A stretch of DNA of 48,626 nucleotides, taken from the NCBI GenBank assembly GCA_038325945.1, contig JBBQJN010000001.1:1-48626 (forward strand). The letters run 5' to 3'. How positions within the stretch are numbered: position 1 is the stretch's first letter; each line of letters starts with the position of its first letter. Below the pieces are notes generated by a model. It was not told the DNA's origin. It ran no database searches and worked only from the letters and a program-made list of their open reading frames with translations. The position numbers and the translations under genes were made by a program. The stretch comes from Burkholderiales bacterium (GTDB taxonomy: Bacteria; Pseudomonadota; Gammaproteobacteria; Burkholderiales; Burkholderiaceae_C). This document shows, piece by piece, positions 9,231-19,612 of the stretch.

Positions 9231-11138
9231 ATGAACCGCTACCCGTGGTGGAAATACCTGATCCTCGGCGTCTCGCTGCTGATCGGCATGCTCTATACCC
9301 TGCCCAACTTGTATGGCGAGGCGCCTGCGGTGCAGGTCTCCAGCGGCAAGGCGACGATCAAGCTAGACGCCGCGCTGGTGCCGCGCATTGAGCAAGCCAT
9401 CGCCGCCGCCAGCCTGAAGGCCGACTTTGTGCAGTTCGAGGGCAATTCGATCAAGGCGCGGTTCGGCAACACCGACGACCAGATCAAGGCCAAGGACGCC
9501 ATCAGCAAGTCGCTGAACCCGGATGCGGCCAACCCGTCCTACATCGTTGCACTGAACCTGTTGAGCCGCTCGCCGCACTGGCTGAGCAGCCTGCATGCGC
9601 TGCCGATGTACCTGGGCCTGGATTTGCGCGGTGGTGTGCACTTCCTGATGCAGGTCGACATGAAGGCGGCGCTGACCAAGAAGGCCGAGTCCTACACCGG
9701 CGACATCCGCACGCTGCTGCGCGACAAGAACATCCGTCATGCCGGTATCAACCGCGACGGCAACCAGGTGGTGCTGCGCTTTCGCGACCAGGCCACGCTG
9801 GCGCAGGCGCGCACGCTGCTGACCGAGCAGTTGCCCGACCTGGCGTGGACCGAGTCCGCCGATGGCGCTGAACAGCGCTTGACTGGCGCGCTCAAGCCGG
9901 CCTCGGCGCGGGCGGTGCAGGACGCAGCGATCAAGCAGAACATCACCACGCTGCACAACCGCGTCAACGAGCTCGGCGTCGCCGAGCCAGTGATCCAGCA
10001 ACAGGGCGCCGACCGCGTGGTGGTGCAGTTGCCCGGCGTACAGGACACGGCCAAGGCCAAGGACATCATCGGCCGCACGGCCACGCTGGAAGTGCGCCTG
10101 GTCAATGCCAGTACCGAAGCCATGGCGGCGCTGTCGGGCGGCGGCCCGGTGCCTTTTGGCAGCGAGCGCTACCTTGAGAAGGACGGCGCGCCGATCATCG
10201 TCTTCCGCCAGGTCATCCTGACCGGCGAGAACCTCACCGACGCGCAATCCGGCTTCTCGGGCGACGGCCAGAGTGAGCCGGCGGTGCACCTGACGCTTGA
10301 CGCCAAGGGCTCGCGCATCTTTCGCGATGTCACGCGCGAGAACATCAACAAGCGCATGGCCATCATCTTGTTCGAGAAGGGCAAGGGCGAGGTGGTCACC
10401 GCGCCGGTGATCCGCTCCGAGATCGGCGGCGGCCGGGTGCAGATCAGCGGCCGCATGACCACCACCGAGGCTGCCGACATCTCGCTGCTGCTGCGCGCCG
10501 GCAGCCTGGCCGCGCCGATGGAGATCATCGAGGAGCGCACCATTGGCCCGACGCTTGGCGCTGACAACATCGCCAAGGGCTTTGCCAGCGTGGGCTACGG
10601 CTTTGCTGCGATCGCGGTGTTCATGTGCCTCTACTACATGCTGTTTGGTGTGTTTTCGACGCTGGCGCTGGCCTTCAACCTGCTGTTGCTGTTCAGCATC
10701 TTGTCGATGCTGCAGGCCACGCTGACGCTGCCGGGCATTGCCGCCATCGCGCTGACGCTGGGCATGGCGATCGACGCCAACGTGCTGATCAACGAGCGTG
10801 TGCGCGAGGAGTTGCGCAACGGCGCATCGCCGCAGGCGGCGATCAACACCGGCTACGAGAAGGCCTTTGCCACCATCCTCGACTCCAACATCACCACGCT
10901 GATCGCCGGCCTGGCGCTGCTGGCCTTCGGTTCGGGTTTTGTGCGCGGCTTTGCCGTGGTGCACTGCCTGGGCATCCTGACGAGCATGTTCTCGGCGGTG
11001 ATGTTCTCGCGCGGCCTGGTCAACCTCTGGTACGGCAGCAAGAAGCGGCTGAAGACGGTGTCGATCGGCACGGTATGGCGGCCCGCCGGCGCGGCTGCGC
11101 CGGTGGTGATCGACGACGAAACGGCCGGCCGGTCCTGA
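9231..11138 (+). CDS. secD: Protein translocase subunit SecD
   Basis: LGLDLRGG, RVNELGVAEP, LLRAGSL, IGPTLG, DANVLINER. Confidence 0.98.
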   Translation: MNRYPWWKYLILGVSLLIGMLYTLPNLYGEAPAVQVSSGKATIKLDAALVPRIEQAIAAASLKADFVQFEGNSIKARFGNTDDQIKAKDAISKSLNPDAANPSYIVALNLLSRSPHWLSSLHALPMYLGLDLRGGVHFLMQVDMKAALTKKAESYTGDIRTLLRDKNIRHAGINRDGNQVVLRFRDQATLAQARTLLTEQLPDLAWTESADGAEQRLTGALKPASARAVQDAAIKQNITTLHNRVNELGVAEPVIQQQGADRVVVQLPGVQDTAKAKDIIGRTATLEVRLVNASTEAMAALSGGGPVPFGSERYLEKDGAPIIVFRQVILTGENLTDAQSGFSGDGQSEPAVHLTLDAKGSRIFRDVTRENINKRMAIILFEKGKGEVVTAPVIRSEIGGGRVQISGRMTTTEAADISLLLRAGSLAAPMEIIEERTIGPTLGADNIAKGFASVGYGFAAIAVFMCLYYMLFGVFSTLALAFNLLLLFSILSMLQATLTLPGIAAIALTLGMAIDANVLINERVREELRNGASPQAAINTGYEKAFATILDSNITTLIAGLALLAFGSGFVRGFAVVHCLGILTSMFSAVMFSRGLVNLWYGSKKRLKTVSIGTVWRPAGAAAPVVIDDETAGRS

Positions 11139-11159
11139 CCGCGCCAGGGAGCACAAGAC

Positions 11160-12194
11160 ATGGAATTTTTCCGCATCCACCGCGACATCCCGTTCATGCG
11201 GCATGCGCTGGTGTTGAACATGGTTTCTTTCATCACCTTCGCGCTGGCGGTGTTCTTCCTGTTCAGCCGGGGCTTGCACCTGTCGGTCGAGTTCACCGGT
11301 GGCACCGTGCTCGAGGTCGAGTACACGCAGACAGCCATCCTTGAGAAGACCCGCGCCGCCGTCGATACCATGGGTTTTGGTGAGGTGGTGGTGCAGAACT
11401 TCGGCACCTCGCGCGATGTGCTGGTGCGCTTGCCGGTGCGCGCTGATGTCAAGCAAAGCGAGGTGGCGGGGCTGGTCTTCAACACCTTGTGCAAGGCCGA
11501 GGGCGGCACGGTCTCGACCCAGGCCTTCACCACGCCGCAGGGCGAGCAAGGGGCACGGCCGGTCTGCGCCACGGCCGACGGCGTAGAGCCGCTGAAGCTG
11601 TCGCGCACCGAGTTTGTCGGCCCGGCGGTGGGCGATGAACTGGCCAGCGACGGTGCCAAGGCGCTGGCCTTCGTGATCATCGGCATCATGATCTACCTGG
11701 CCATCCGCTTCGAATGGAAGTTCTCGGTGGCCGCGATCGTTGCCAACCTGCACGACGTCATCATCATCCTGGGCTTCTTTGCGTTCTTCCAGTGGGAGTT
11801 CTCGCTGGCGGTGCTGGCGGCGGTGCTGGCCGTGCTGGGCTATTCGGTCAACGAATCGGTGGTGATCTTCGACCGCATCCGTGAGTCGTTCCGCAAGTAC
11901 CGCAAGCTGAGCACGCCGCAGGTCATCGACCATGCCATCACCCGCACCATCAGCCGCACCGTGATCACCCACGGCTCGACCCAACTGATGGTCTTGTCGA
12001 TGTTGCTGTTCGGCGGCCCGACGCTGCACTACTTCGCGGTGGCGCTGACCATCGGCATCTTGTTCGGCATCTATTCGTCGGTGTTTGTTGCCGCGGCGAT
12101 CGCGATGTGGCTGGGCGTCAAGCGCGAGGACCTGGTCAAGCCGGGCAGCAAGGAGCACGATCCCAACGATCCCAACGCCGGCGCGGTGGTGTAG
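11160..12194 (+). CDS. secF: Protein translocase subunit SecF
   Basis: EFTGG, VGPAVG, IRFEW, HDV, GYSVNESVVIFDRIRE. Confidence 0.98.
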   Translation: MEFFRIHRDIPFMRHALVLNMVSFITFALAVFFLFSRGLHLSVEFTGGTVLEVEYTQTAILEKTRAAVDTMGFGEVVVQNFGTSRDVLVRLPVRADVKQSEVAGLVFNTLCKAEGGTVSTQAFTTPQGEQGARPVCATADGVEPLKLSRTEFVGPAVGDELASDGAKALAFVIIGIMIYLAIRFEWKFSVAAIVANLHDVIIILGFFAFFQWEFSLAVLAAVLAVLGYSVNESVVIFDRIRESFRKYRKLSTPQVIDHAITRTISRTVITHGSTQLMVLSMLLFGGPTLHYFAVALTIGILFGIYSSVFVAAAIAMWLGVKREDLVKPGSKEHDPNDPNAGAVV

Positions 12195-12210
12195 TGGTGT
12201 AGTGGTGTAA
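12186..12210 (+). repeat. 8-bp unit GTGGTGTA x3 spanning the secF stop
   Basis: Copies at 12186, 12194, 12202; stops TAG 12192, TAG 12200, TAA 12208. Confidence 0.9.
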
Positions 12211-12242
12211 ATTAGGTCAACGCCGCTACTTCCCTGACTCGC

Positions 12243-14627
12243 ATGGCGACCGCCGCTGAATCCGCCCAGATCGCCAGCCAAGCGCGGTTGTTGTACCTTG
12301 AACAGCTGCTCAAAGGCCTGCCTGACCTGGTAGCGCGGGTGGGCCATGCGGCACGTGAACTGCAGGACAAGCCGGCCGAGCACGCGCTGGCTCAAAGCCG
12401 CCGCGATCTGGTGCAAGGGCTGATGCGGGGTGCTGGCAGCTGGCAGACCGAGATGGCGGCCAAGCTGCGCCATGTCATGCGCGACGGCGGCGCCCAGGCC
12501 ATGCCGTTGGAACTGCCCAAGCTCGGCCAGAAAGACAAGCTCTCGCTGGTGGACAACGATGTCATCGAGCGCGAAATCCTCACCTCGCGGCTGGCGCTGG
12601 CGATGATGGACCGTGCCGGCTGGGAGTTCAGCGACCTGCGCTCGCGCATGGCCATGCTCGAGCGCCGCGGCGAGCTTGCCACCCATGATTCGCTGCGCGC
12701 CCATGTGCTGGCGCGTGTGGTGCTGGACGCCTGGCGCAGCGCCAGGCTCAGCGCCGACGACTGGCGCGAGGCGCAGCCGATCCTGCACCAAGAATGGGCC
12801 GCGTTGCTCGAAGGGGCGTACCACGAGGTCAACCGCTGGCTGGTCTCGCAGCGGGTGATGCAGGACGTCGATCTGCGGCCAAATATCCGCCGCACGGTCG
12901 AAGCGCATGGCAACGTCAGCGGCGTACCACCGGTTCAAGCTGCGCCAGCAGCGCATGCCGACAGCGGATTCGACGCGCCCACCCAGTACGCGCCGCACCC
13001 TTCGGTTGTTTCACGCGGCGCTGCACCTCGCGCGGCTGCACCACGGGGCGCGGCAGCGCCGCAGCGGCCAGGCAGCGCCAGCGCCGACCAGGTGGGTGAG
13101 GAAACCCGCTTGATGACCCGCGCCGCACCGCTGGCCCGTGGCAGTGCCCATGCCGAGGCGGTGCTGGGTCGTTTGAACCGGCTGGTCGGCCGCCATTTGC
13201 CGGGCTTTGCCGATACCGTGCATGGCCGACCGGTGACCGAAGCCTTGTCGACCGCCATCAACCAGGCCCAGCAGCAGTGGCGCCGGCGTTTTGCGCCGTC
13301 ACCTGGGCAGACCGCGGCCGCCGCGGCGGCAACCGCGCCGCTGCTGCTGGAAGAACTGCAGCTGGGCAAGCAGGCGCTGAAGCAGGCCGCCAAATCGCCC
13401 GAGGAGCGGGCCACGATCGAGATCGTGGCGATGATGTTCCAGAGCATCCTCACCGAAGAGCGCATCCCGGCGGCGATGCGGGTCTGGTTTGCCCGGCTAC
13501 AGATGCCGGTGCTGCGGGTGGCGGTGAGCGAGCCCGACTTCTTCGCCACGCTGGATCACCCGGCGCGCCGGCTGATCGACCGCATGGGCGCTTGCGTGAT
13601 GGGCCTGGACAGCGCCAGCCAGACGGTGGGCGACTCGCTCGACAAAGAGATCAAGCGCGTGGTGCAGGTGGTCGAGGCCTATCCCGACACCGGCCGGCGC
13701 GTTTTCCAGACCGTGTTGACGGAGTTCGAGAAGTTTCTAGAGCACTACTTCAAGAACGAGAACGAGGCCAGCAAGCGCGGCGTCTCGCTGGCGCAGCAGA
13801 TTGAGCAGCGCGAGACGCTGGCCATCCAGTACACCATCGAGCTGCGGCGCATGCTCAACGAGGTGCCGGTACAAGAGGGCGTACGCCAGTTCCTGTTCCA
13901 GGTCTGGGCCGATGTGCTGGCTACTTCGGCGGTGCGCTACGGCGGCCAGAGCAGCGAGACCAAGGCCATGAAACGCGCCGCCGCCGACCTGATCTGGTCG
14001 GCCAGCGCCAAGGTCACTCGCGAGGAGCGCGCCGAGGTCATCCGGCGCCTGCCGCCGCTGCTCAAGCGCCTGCGCGAGGGCATGGTGTCGGCTAACATGG
14101 CGAGTGAGCGGCAGGAAGAGCGCATCAGCGCGCTCAACAACGCGCTGGCTGCGGCCTTCACCGCCAAGGCCGCGGCGATCCCGATGGATCGGCTGCAAGA
14201 TCTGATGGAGCGGCTGGAGTCGATCGAAGAACTGCTGCCAGGCGCCGAGGACATCGAGATCGACGAGTCGCTGGTGCTCGACCTGTCGGGCCATGAAAGC
14301 TCCGAGCTCGAGGTGGTGTCCGATGGCGGCAGCCTGGCCACTGCGCCCATGCTGGCCTGGGCGCGTGAGCTGCAGGTGGGCAGCTGGTATACGCTGGAAT
14401 ACCGTGGCCGCCATGAGGCTGTGCAACTGTCCTGGCATGGCATGCGCCGGCAGTTGTCGCTGTTCGTCACGCCGGGTGGGCGCTGCGTGCTGTTTCAGCT
14501 GCAACGCCTGGCGGCTTTCCTGCAGGCCGGCTTGTTGTTGCCGGCGCAAGACGAGGCCCTCACTGTCAAGGCCACGCGCAACGCGCTGGCCAGGATTGAT
14601 GCCGACCCCTCGCAATTGATGAACTGA
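12243..14627 (+). CDS. DUF1631-family protein
   Basis: 794-aa helical protein with IEIVAMMFQSIL..RLQMPVLRVA..FF...HPARRLIDR, typical of this family (recognised from memory). Confidence 0.75.
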   Translation: MATAAESAQIASQARLLYLEQLLKGLPDLVARVGHAARELQDKPAEHALAQSRRDLVQGLMRGAGSWQTEMAAKLRHVMRDGGAQAMPLELPKLGQKDKLSLVDNDVIEREILTSRLALAMMDRAGWEFSDLRSRMAMLERRGELATHDSLRAHVLARVVLDAWRSARLSADDWREAQPILHQEWAALLEGAYHEVNRWLVSQRVMQDVDLRPNIRRTVEAHGNVSGVPPVQAAPAAHADSGFDAPTQYAPHPSVVSRGAAPRAAAPRGAAAPQRPGSASADQVGEETRLMTRAAPLARGSAHAEAVLGRLNRLVGRHLPGFADTVHGRPVTEALSTAINQAQQQWRRRFAPSPGQTAAAAAATAPLLLEELQLGKQALKQAAKSPEERATIEIVAMMFQSILTEERIPAAMRVWFARLQMPVLRVAVSEPDFFATLDHPARRLIDRMGACVMGLDSASQTVGDSLDKEIKRVVQVVEAYPDTGRRVFQTVLTEFEKFLEHYFKNENEASKRGVSLAQQIEQRETLAIQYTIELRRMLNEVPVQEGVRQFLFQVWADVLATSAVRYGGQSSETKAMKRAAADLIWSASAKVTREERAEVIRRLPPLLKRLREGMVSANMASERQEERISALNNALAAAFTAKAAAIPMDRLQDLMERLESIEELLPGAEDIEIDESLVLDLSGHESSELEVVSDGGSLATAPMLAWARELQVGSWYTLEYRGRHEAVQLSWHGMRRQLSLFVTPGGRCVLFQLQRLAAFLQAGLLLPAQDEALTVKATRNALARIDADPSQLMN

Positions 14628-14681
14628 GGCGGGCGGTTGGTCGCCGTTGGTCGCTGGCGGCTGTCCAACGCGACCAGGCTC

Positions 14682-15134
14682 TCAGTGGATCAAGCGCTCT
14701 TCCGGTGCGACGAACAACTCGTCGAGGATCAGTGCGTCGGGCTCTTCGCCCAGGCTCCAGAAGACCATCAGCACGATGACCTTGAGGTCTTCCAGCGCCA
14801 GCGGGCAGGTGTCGGCGGCGGTGGCGCGGTCGATCACCATTTCGCGCATCGCCGGCGGCAGCACGCCGGCCGACTCCAGGAAGCTGACAAAGCCGATCGA
14901 ATCCTCGCCCAAGCGGTCAATCTCGGCATGGGAATAGACGCGCAGGCTGCCGGGCGCCTGGTCGGCCGTATAGGCCTGGGCAGTTTCGGCCAGGCCGTCG
15001 AGCCAGCTGAGCGCTTCCTGGATCTCGTCGGTTTCAAAGCCGACGGCGGACAGTTTGCGGGTCAGTTGGTCGTGATCCGGGCAGGCGTCGGGTCGCCAAT
15101 AGTTCTCGTAGAGATAGACCAGCACGTCAAACAT
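14682..15134 (-). CDS. smg: Smg / DUF494 protein
   Basis: MFDVLVYLYENY, GFETDEIQEAL.WL, LKVIVLMV; downstream of dprA. Confidence 0.93.
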   Translation of the reverse strand: MFDVLVYLYENYWRPDACPDHDQLTRKLSAVGFETDEIQEALSWLDGLAETAQAYTADQAPGSLRVYSHAEIDRLGEDSIGFVSFLESAGVLPPAMREMVIDRATAADTCPLALEDLKVIVLMVFWSLGEEPDALILDELFVAPEERLIH

Positions 15135-15244
15135 GAAACGACTATACCCCAGGGTTTACAAGCAGCCCGAGGCCGCTGGCACAAGGCCTGACAATCGTTC
15201 AGTTCATCCGGATAGCGAGCGATTGCCCACTTATCTGCCAGGCT

Positions 15245-16375
15245 TCAACCCGACTGGCGCCGCTGGTAGAGGCCCCCCGGCAGCCGGGCCACCTGGCCGT
15301 CGAGTTCAAGCTCAAGCAGGCGGGCCGACAGCGCGGCGGCCGACCAGCCGCAGCGGTCGATCAGCGTATCCAGGCTCAGCGGATCGTGGCCCAGCGCACG
15401 CAGTACCGGGTCGCCTGAAGCGGGCTGCGCCCCAGGCGCCGGCACCGCATCGGCCAGCGCCGGTTGGGTAGCCGACGGGGGCGTCGGCGGGCCCAGCTCT
15501 TCGGCCACCTGCTCGGGCGACTCGACCAGCGCCGCTCCTTGGCGAATCAGCGCATGGCAGCCGGCCGACTGCGGCGACAGGATCGACCCCGGCACCGCCA
15601 TCACCTCACGGCCACACTCGGCGGCCAGGCGGGCGGTGATCAAGGAGCCCGAGCGCAGCGCGGCCTCGATCACCAGGGTGCCGCGGCTCAGGCCGGCAAT
15701 GATGCGGTTGCGCTGCGGAAAATGCGCCGCCAGCGGCGGCGCGCCCAGCGCCAGCTCACTGACCAGCAGACCTTGCTCGCTGATGCGCTGGGCCAGCGCC
15801 CGATGGCGCGGCGGATAGACCAGGTCGATGCCGGTGCCCACCACCGCGATGGTCTGGCCGCCAGCCGCCAGCGCGCCTTCATGTGCGGCGGCGTCGATAC
15901 CGGCAGCCAGCCCCGAGACAATGGTCCAGCCCTGTGAGGCCAGCTCGCGGGCAAAGCGATGGGCGCTGTCGCGGCCTTGTGCGCTGGGTTGGCGGCTGCC
16001 GACGATGGCCAGGCTAGGCCGGCACAACAGGCCGGCATCGCCTTGCAGGTAGAGCAGCAGCGGCGGATCGGCGCTGTGCAGCAGCGCGGGCGGGTAGTCG
16101 TCGTCGCCCAGCACCATCAGCCGCCGGCCCGCTGCGCCGGCGCGCCAGGCCAGCGTCGCCGCCAGCCGATGCGCATGGCCGTCGGGTGTCAAGGCCAGCG
16201 ACAGTGCGGTCGGCGCATCGACGCAAAAACCCAGTTCCGCAATCGGCGCATCGATTGCCGCCTGCGGGCTGCCAAAGCGCGCCAGCAGCCGCCGCGCCGC
16301 CTCGCGGCCGACGCCCGGGCTGTGCAGCAAGTGCAGCCAGGCGCCGAGTTCGGTGTCTGAAAGCGTGTCCACCAC
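15245..16375 (-). CDS. dprA: DNA-processing protein DprA
   Basis: YPPAL, AIVGSR, VSGLAAGIDAAAH, FPQRNRIIAGL, SGSLITA, C-terminal winged helix. Start uncertain (GTG 16375 or TTG 16390). Confidence 0.96.
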   Translation of the reverse strand: MVDTLSDTELGAWLHLLHSPGVGREAARRLLARFGSPQAAIDAPIAELGFCVDAPTALSLALTPDGHAHRLAATLAWRAGAAGRRLMVLGDDDYPPALLHSADPPLLLYLQGDAGLLCRPSLAIVGSRQPSAQGRDSAHRFARELASQGWTIVSGLAAGIDAAAHEGALAAGGQTIAVVGTGIDLVYPPRHRALAQRISEQGLLVSELALGAPPLAAHFPQRNRIIAGLSRGTLVIEAALRSGSLITARLAAECGREVMAVPGSILSPQSAGCHALIRQGAALVESPEQVAEELGPPTPPSATQPALADAVPAPGAQPASGDPVLRALGHDPLSLDTLIDRCGWSAAALSARLLELELDGQVARLPGGLYQRRQSG

Positions 16376-16392
16376 GGTCGAACTCGGCAAGC

Positions 16393-16546
16393 AGCCGCCG
16401 CAGAACCGGCTACGCCGGGCCGCTGACGGCCGCCCCCTGGGGCGGTGAGCGTGGACGCAAGGGCCTGCCAGCGCAGGCCCGAACGCCTCGCGAACCGCCC
16501 GAGCTCCTCGAGGGCTTGGACAGCCGCAGGCGCTTCGGGGGGGGCC
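16393..16546. repeat. Nested palindromic (REP-like) element between the LysM gene and dprA
   Basis: CCGGC-TAC-GCCGG at 16406-16418; GGGCGGT 16440-16446 pairs with ACCGCCC 16494-16500 and encloses GGGCCTGC-CAGC-GCAGGCCC at 16461-16480; CCTCGAGG; G8 at 16537-16544. Confidence 0.65.
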
Positions 16547-16549
16547 TGG

Positions 16550-17752
16550 TCACGGGTTGCTGAAGCGGTCGCCAGGGCGGATCGGATCCAACGCCGACAG
16601 GATCAGCGCATAGGACACACGATCAAAGACGCGGAATACAAACAGCAAGCCACTGCGCTCATCCGGCAACTGGATAGCCACCGGCTTGGCGCCGGTGCGG
16701 TCGGTGGCCGCTGCGCCGGCCCGCCACAGCGCCAGCACATGGCCACGCGCCAGGCCGTCGCGCTGGCCGCGGTTGATGGCCACGATCTGGTTCTGGCCGG
16801 CGGTCAGCGCCTCGCCGTAGACCGAGATCACCTGCCCGCCGACCTGCGCCTCCGGCGGATGCGGCACATAGGCTGAAAAGTCACGCGCCGGCAGCGGCGC
16901 CAGACGGTCGCCCACGCCAGCTTCCTGGCGGGCGCTGCTCATCACGAAGGTGGCCGGCACCGGCAGCTCATTGTTGGGCGACTTGCCTGCGGCCCGTACG
17001 AACTCGGCGGTACCGATGTAGCCAGCTTCAAAGCCCAGCACTTCCTGGGTGGTCGGGTCGCGCAAGGGCTTGGCCTGGCGGAACAGCGAAAAGTTGCGCA
17101 CACCGCCCAGGTCGCCCCGCACATAAGCGGTTTCGCCGCGCGAGATCATCACCCGGCCCTCTTGCGTGGCGACGATGCGCGGCGCAGCGGCCAGCTCGTC
17201 GCTGCTGAGCACCACTGCCTCGTTCAAAAAGGGCGCGATCAGCTGCAGTGGAATCGAGGCGATGGCGCCGCTTTCCAGCAGTTCGCTGCGCACACGCGGC
17301 GACAGCTTGACGGTGTTGCTGGGCAACTGGCCTTCAGCCGCGGCCCTGGCCAGGCTCAAGCGGGCGCGATCACCCTGCTTGACCAGCACCAGCACCTGGC
17401 CGGGGTAGATCAGGTGCGGGTTGCGGATGTCCTGCAGGTTCATGCCCCAGAGCTCAGGCCAGCGCCAGGGCGTCTTGAGAAACAGCGAAGCAATCGCCCA
17501 CAGCGTGTCGCCGCGCTGCACCGTGTGCGAGGCCGGTGCGTTGTCGGCCAGCAAGGCCAGCGGCACGCCCGCATTGGCCACCTGCTGGGCTACGGCGCGC
17601 TGTGCCGGCGTGATGGTGAGCTCAGACTGGGCATGCGCCAGTGGCGCCAATACCAGTGCCAGCAACAGGCCCAGCGCCAGGCCATGCCGGCCGCTACGCA
17701 CCTGGTGGGCAGCGCGGGCCGGCAGGGCAAGGCAACGGGGGCGTGAACTCAT
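16550..17752 (-). CDS. LysM peptidoglycan-binding protein (type found upstream of dprA and divergent from def)
   Basis: Signal peptide ..AHAQ, HTVQRGDTLWAIA..PWRWPELW..NPHLIYPGQ, LPDERSGLLFVFRVF. Confidence 0.9.
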   Translation of the reverse strand: MSSRPRCLALPARAAHQVRSGRHGLALGLLLALVLAPLAHAQSELTITPAQRAVAQQVANAGVPLALLADNAPASHTVQRGDTLWAIASLFLKTPWRWPELWGMNLQDIRNPHLIYPGQVLVLVKQGDRARLSLARAAAEGQLPSNTVKLSPRVRSELLESGAIASIPLQLIAPFLNEAVVLSSDELAAAPRIVATQEGRVMISRGETAYVRGDLGGVRNFSLFRQAKPLRDPTTQEVLGFEAGYIGTAEFVRAAGKSPNNELPVPATFVMSSARQEAGVGDRLAPLPARDFSAYVPHPPEAQVGGQVISVYGEALTAGQNQIVAINRGQRDGLARGHVLALWRAGAAATDRTGAKPVAIQLPDERSGLLFVFRVFDRVSYALILSALDPIRPGDRFSNP

Positions 17753-18008
17753 GGGGGCAATCTCCGGATGGGCGGGTGCGACAATCGGGTCTGGTGTGTT
17801 GCATTCAGCACCCGCAGCATGGCCGGCCAACGGGCCGCCAAGTTCATGCTACCTCGTAGATTTTGCCGGTAAACCCTTGATATCGCAACGAAATGCACCG
17901 GTCCAGCCGGCCTTGTACGGCTTGGGTAGCTCGGCCAACGTTGCTTGACATCCACAACGGCAACCCCATCTGTCGGTTCAGGCCGACTTTGACTCAGGCC
18001 CCCTGCCC

Positions 18009-18530
18009 ATGGCCCAGCTGAACATTCTTCGTTACCCCGATCCGCGTTTGCACACCGTTGCTGCGCCTGTGCAGCAGGTTGACGACGGCCTGCGCCGCCT
18101 TATCGACGACATGCTGGAGACCATGTACCTGGCCGACGGCATCGGCCTGGCCGCCACCCAGGTGGATGTGCACCAGCGCCTGCTGGTGATGGACACCTCG
18201 GAAGCGCGCGATCAACCGCAGGTGCTGATCAACCCCGAGTTGACCTGGCGCAGCGACGACATGATCCGCGGCGACGAGGGCTGCTTGTCGGTGCCGCTGA
18301 TCTACGAGCCGGTCGAGCGCCATGCCAAGGTGAAGGTGCGTGCACTTGACCGAGACGGCCAGAGCTTCGAGTTTGACGCCGAAGGCCTGGCCGCCGTCTG
18401 CGTGCAGCATGAGATGGACCACCTGATGGGCAAGGTGTTTGTGGAGTACCTGAGCCTGTTCAAGCGTGACCGCATCAAGACCAAGATGCTGAAGAAGGCC
18501 CGCGACGAGCTGGGCAAAGGGCGGGGCTGA
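18009..18530 (+). CDS. def: Peptide deformylase
   Basis: [19 protein letters not shown]. Confidence 0.98.
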   Translation: MAQLNILRYPDPRLHTVAAPVQQVDDGLRRLIDDMLETMYLADGIGLAATQVDVHQRLLVMDTSEARDQPQVLINPELTWRSDDMIRGDEGCLSVPLIYEPVERHAKVKVRALDRDGQSFEFDAEGLAAVCVQHEMDHLMGKVFVEYLSLFKRDRIKTKMLKKARDELGKGRG

Positions 18531-18532
18531 CC

Positions 18533-19543
18533 TTGGCGCTGACGGCGGCGCCGACGGTGCGATTGAAAGCGGCTGCGCCGCTTCGCGTGGTCTTTGCCGG
18601 CACGCCGGAGTTTGCCGCGACGGCGCTGGCCGCACTGCTGCAGGCTGGCCACCCCGTGCCGCTGGTGCTGTGCCAGCCCGACCGGCCGGCCGGTCGCGGC
18701 CTCAAGCTGCAGGCCTCGCCGGTGAAGGCGCTGGCCTTGAAGTACGGCATTGCGGTGGCGCAGCCACGCAGCCTGCGGCTCGATGGCAAGTATCCCGACG
18801 ATGCCCAAGCCGCCCAGGCCGCGCTGCTTGAAGCGCGCGCCGACGTCATGGTGGTGGCGGCCTATGGCCTGATCCTGCCGCAATGGGTGCTGGACTTGCC
18901 GCCACTGGGCTGTTTGAACATCCACGCCTCGGTGCTGCCGCGCTGGCGTGGCGCGGCACCCATCCACCGCGCCATCGAGGCCGGTGACGCCTGCACCGGC
19001 ATCACGCTGATGCAGATGGACGCCGGGCTCGATACCGGCGACATGTTGCTGGTGGCCGAGGAGGCTATTCGTGCCGACGACAACACTGCCGCGTTGCATG
19101 ATCGCCTGGCCGCGCTGGGCGGCCGGCTGGTGGTGCAAGGCCTGGCGGCCGCTGCGGCCTGGCAGCGCCGGTCGCAGCCGGCCGAGGGCGTGAGCTATGC
19201 GCACAAGATCCTGAAAAGCGAGGCGTCGATCATCTGGACCCAGCCGGCGACGGAGATCGAACGCCGCGTGCGCGCCTTCGACCCCTTTCCCGGCGCCAGC
19301 TTTGCGCTCGACGGCGAGCAGATCAAGCTCTGGCGCGCCGCGCTGCGCCCCGAGCTGAGCGGCCCACCAGGCCAGGTGTTGCTGGCCCAAGATGGCCGGC
19401 TGTGCGTGGCCTGCGGTGAGGGCGCGCTTGAGCTGCTGCAGTTGCAGCGCCCAGGTGGCCGGCGCATCGATGCTGCGGCGCTGCTGCAGGCCCGGCCCGG
19501 CCTGGCCGGCCGCCAGCTGAGCCAACCGGGCCAGATGGCTTGA
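18533..19543 (+). CDS. fmt: Methionyl-tRNA formyltransferase
   Basis: [49 protein letters not shown]. Exact start uncertain. Confidence 0.97.
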   Translation: MALTAAPTVRLKAAAPLRVVFAGTPEFAATALAALLQAGHPVPLVLCQPDRPAGRGLKLQASPVKALALKYGIAVAQPRSLRLDGKYPDDAQAAQAALLEARADVMVVAAYGLILPQWVLDLPPLGCLNIHASVLPRWRGAAPIHRAIEAGDACTGITLMQMDAGLDTGDMLLVAEEAIRADDNTAALHDRLAALGGRLVVQGLAAAAAWQRRSQPAEGVSYAHKILKSEASIIWTQPATEIERRVRAFDPFPGASFALDGEQIKLWRAALRPELSGPPGQVLLAQDGRLCVACGEGALELLQLQRPGGRRIDAAALLQARPGLAGRQLSQPGQMA

Positions 19544-19612
19544 ACTTGGCGGCCTCGGCCGCATCTGATGAAGGCCCGATGTCGGGCGCCGCACCTGGAG
19601 AATCACCCCACC

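Noticed and set aside
9363-12998. 1211-aa minus-strand ORF and other long antisense ORFs (e.g. 18302-20515, 28846-30912, 35910-38243, 46326-48083)
   Set aside because: Shadow frames of well-supported genes on the opposite strand, expected from high-GC codon bias; no recognisable motifs.
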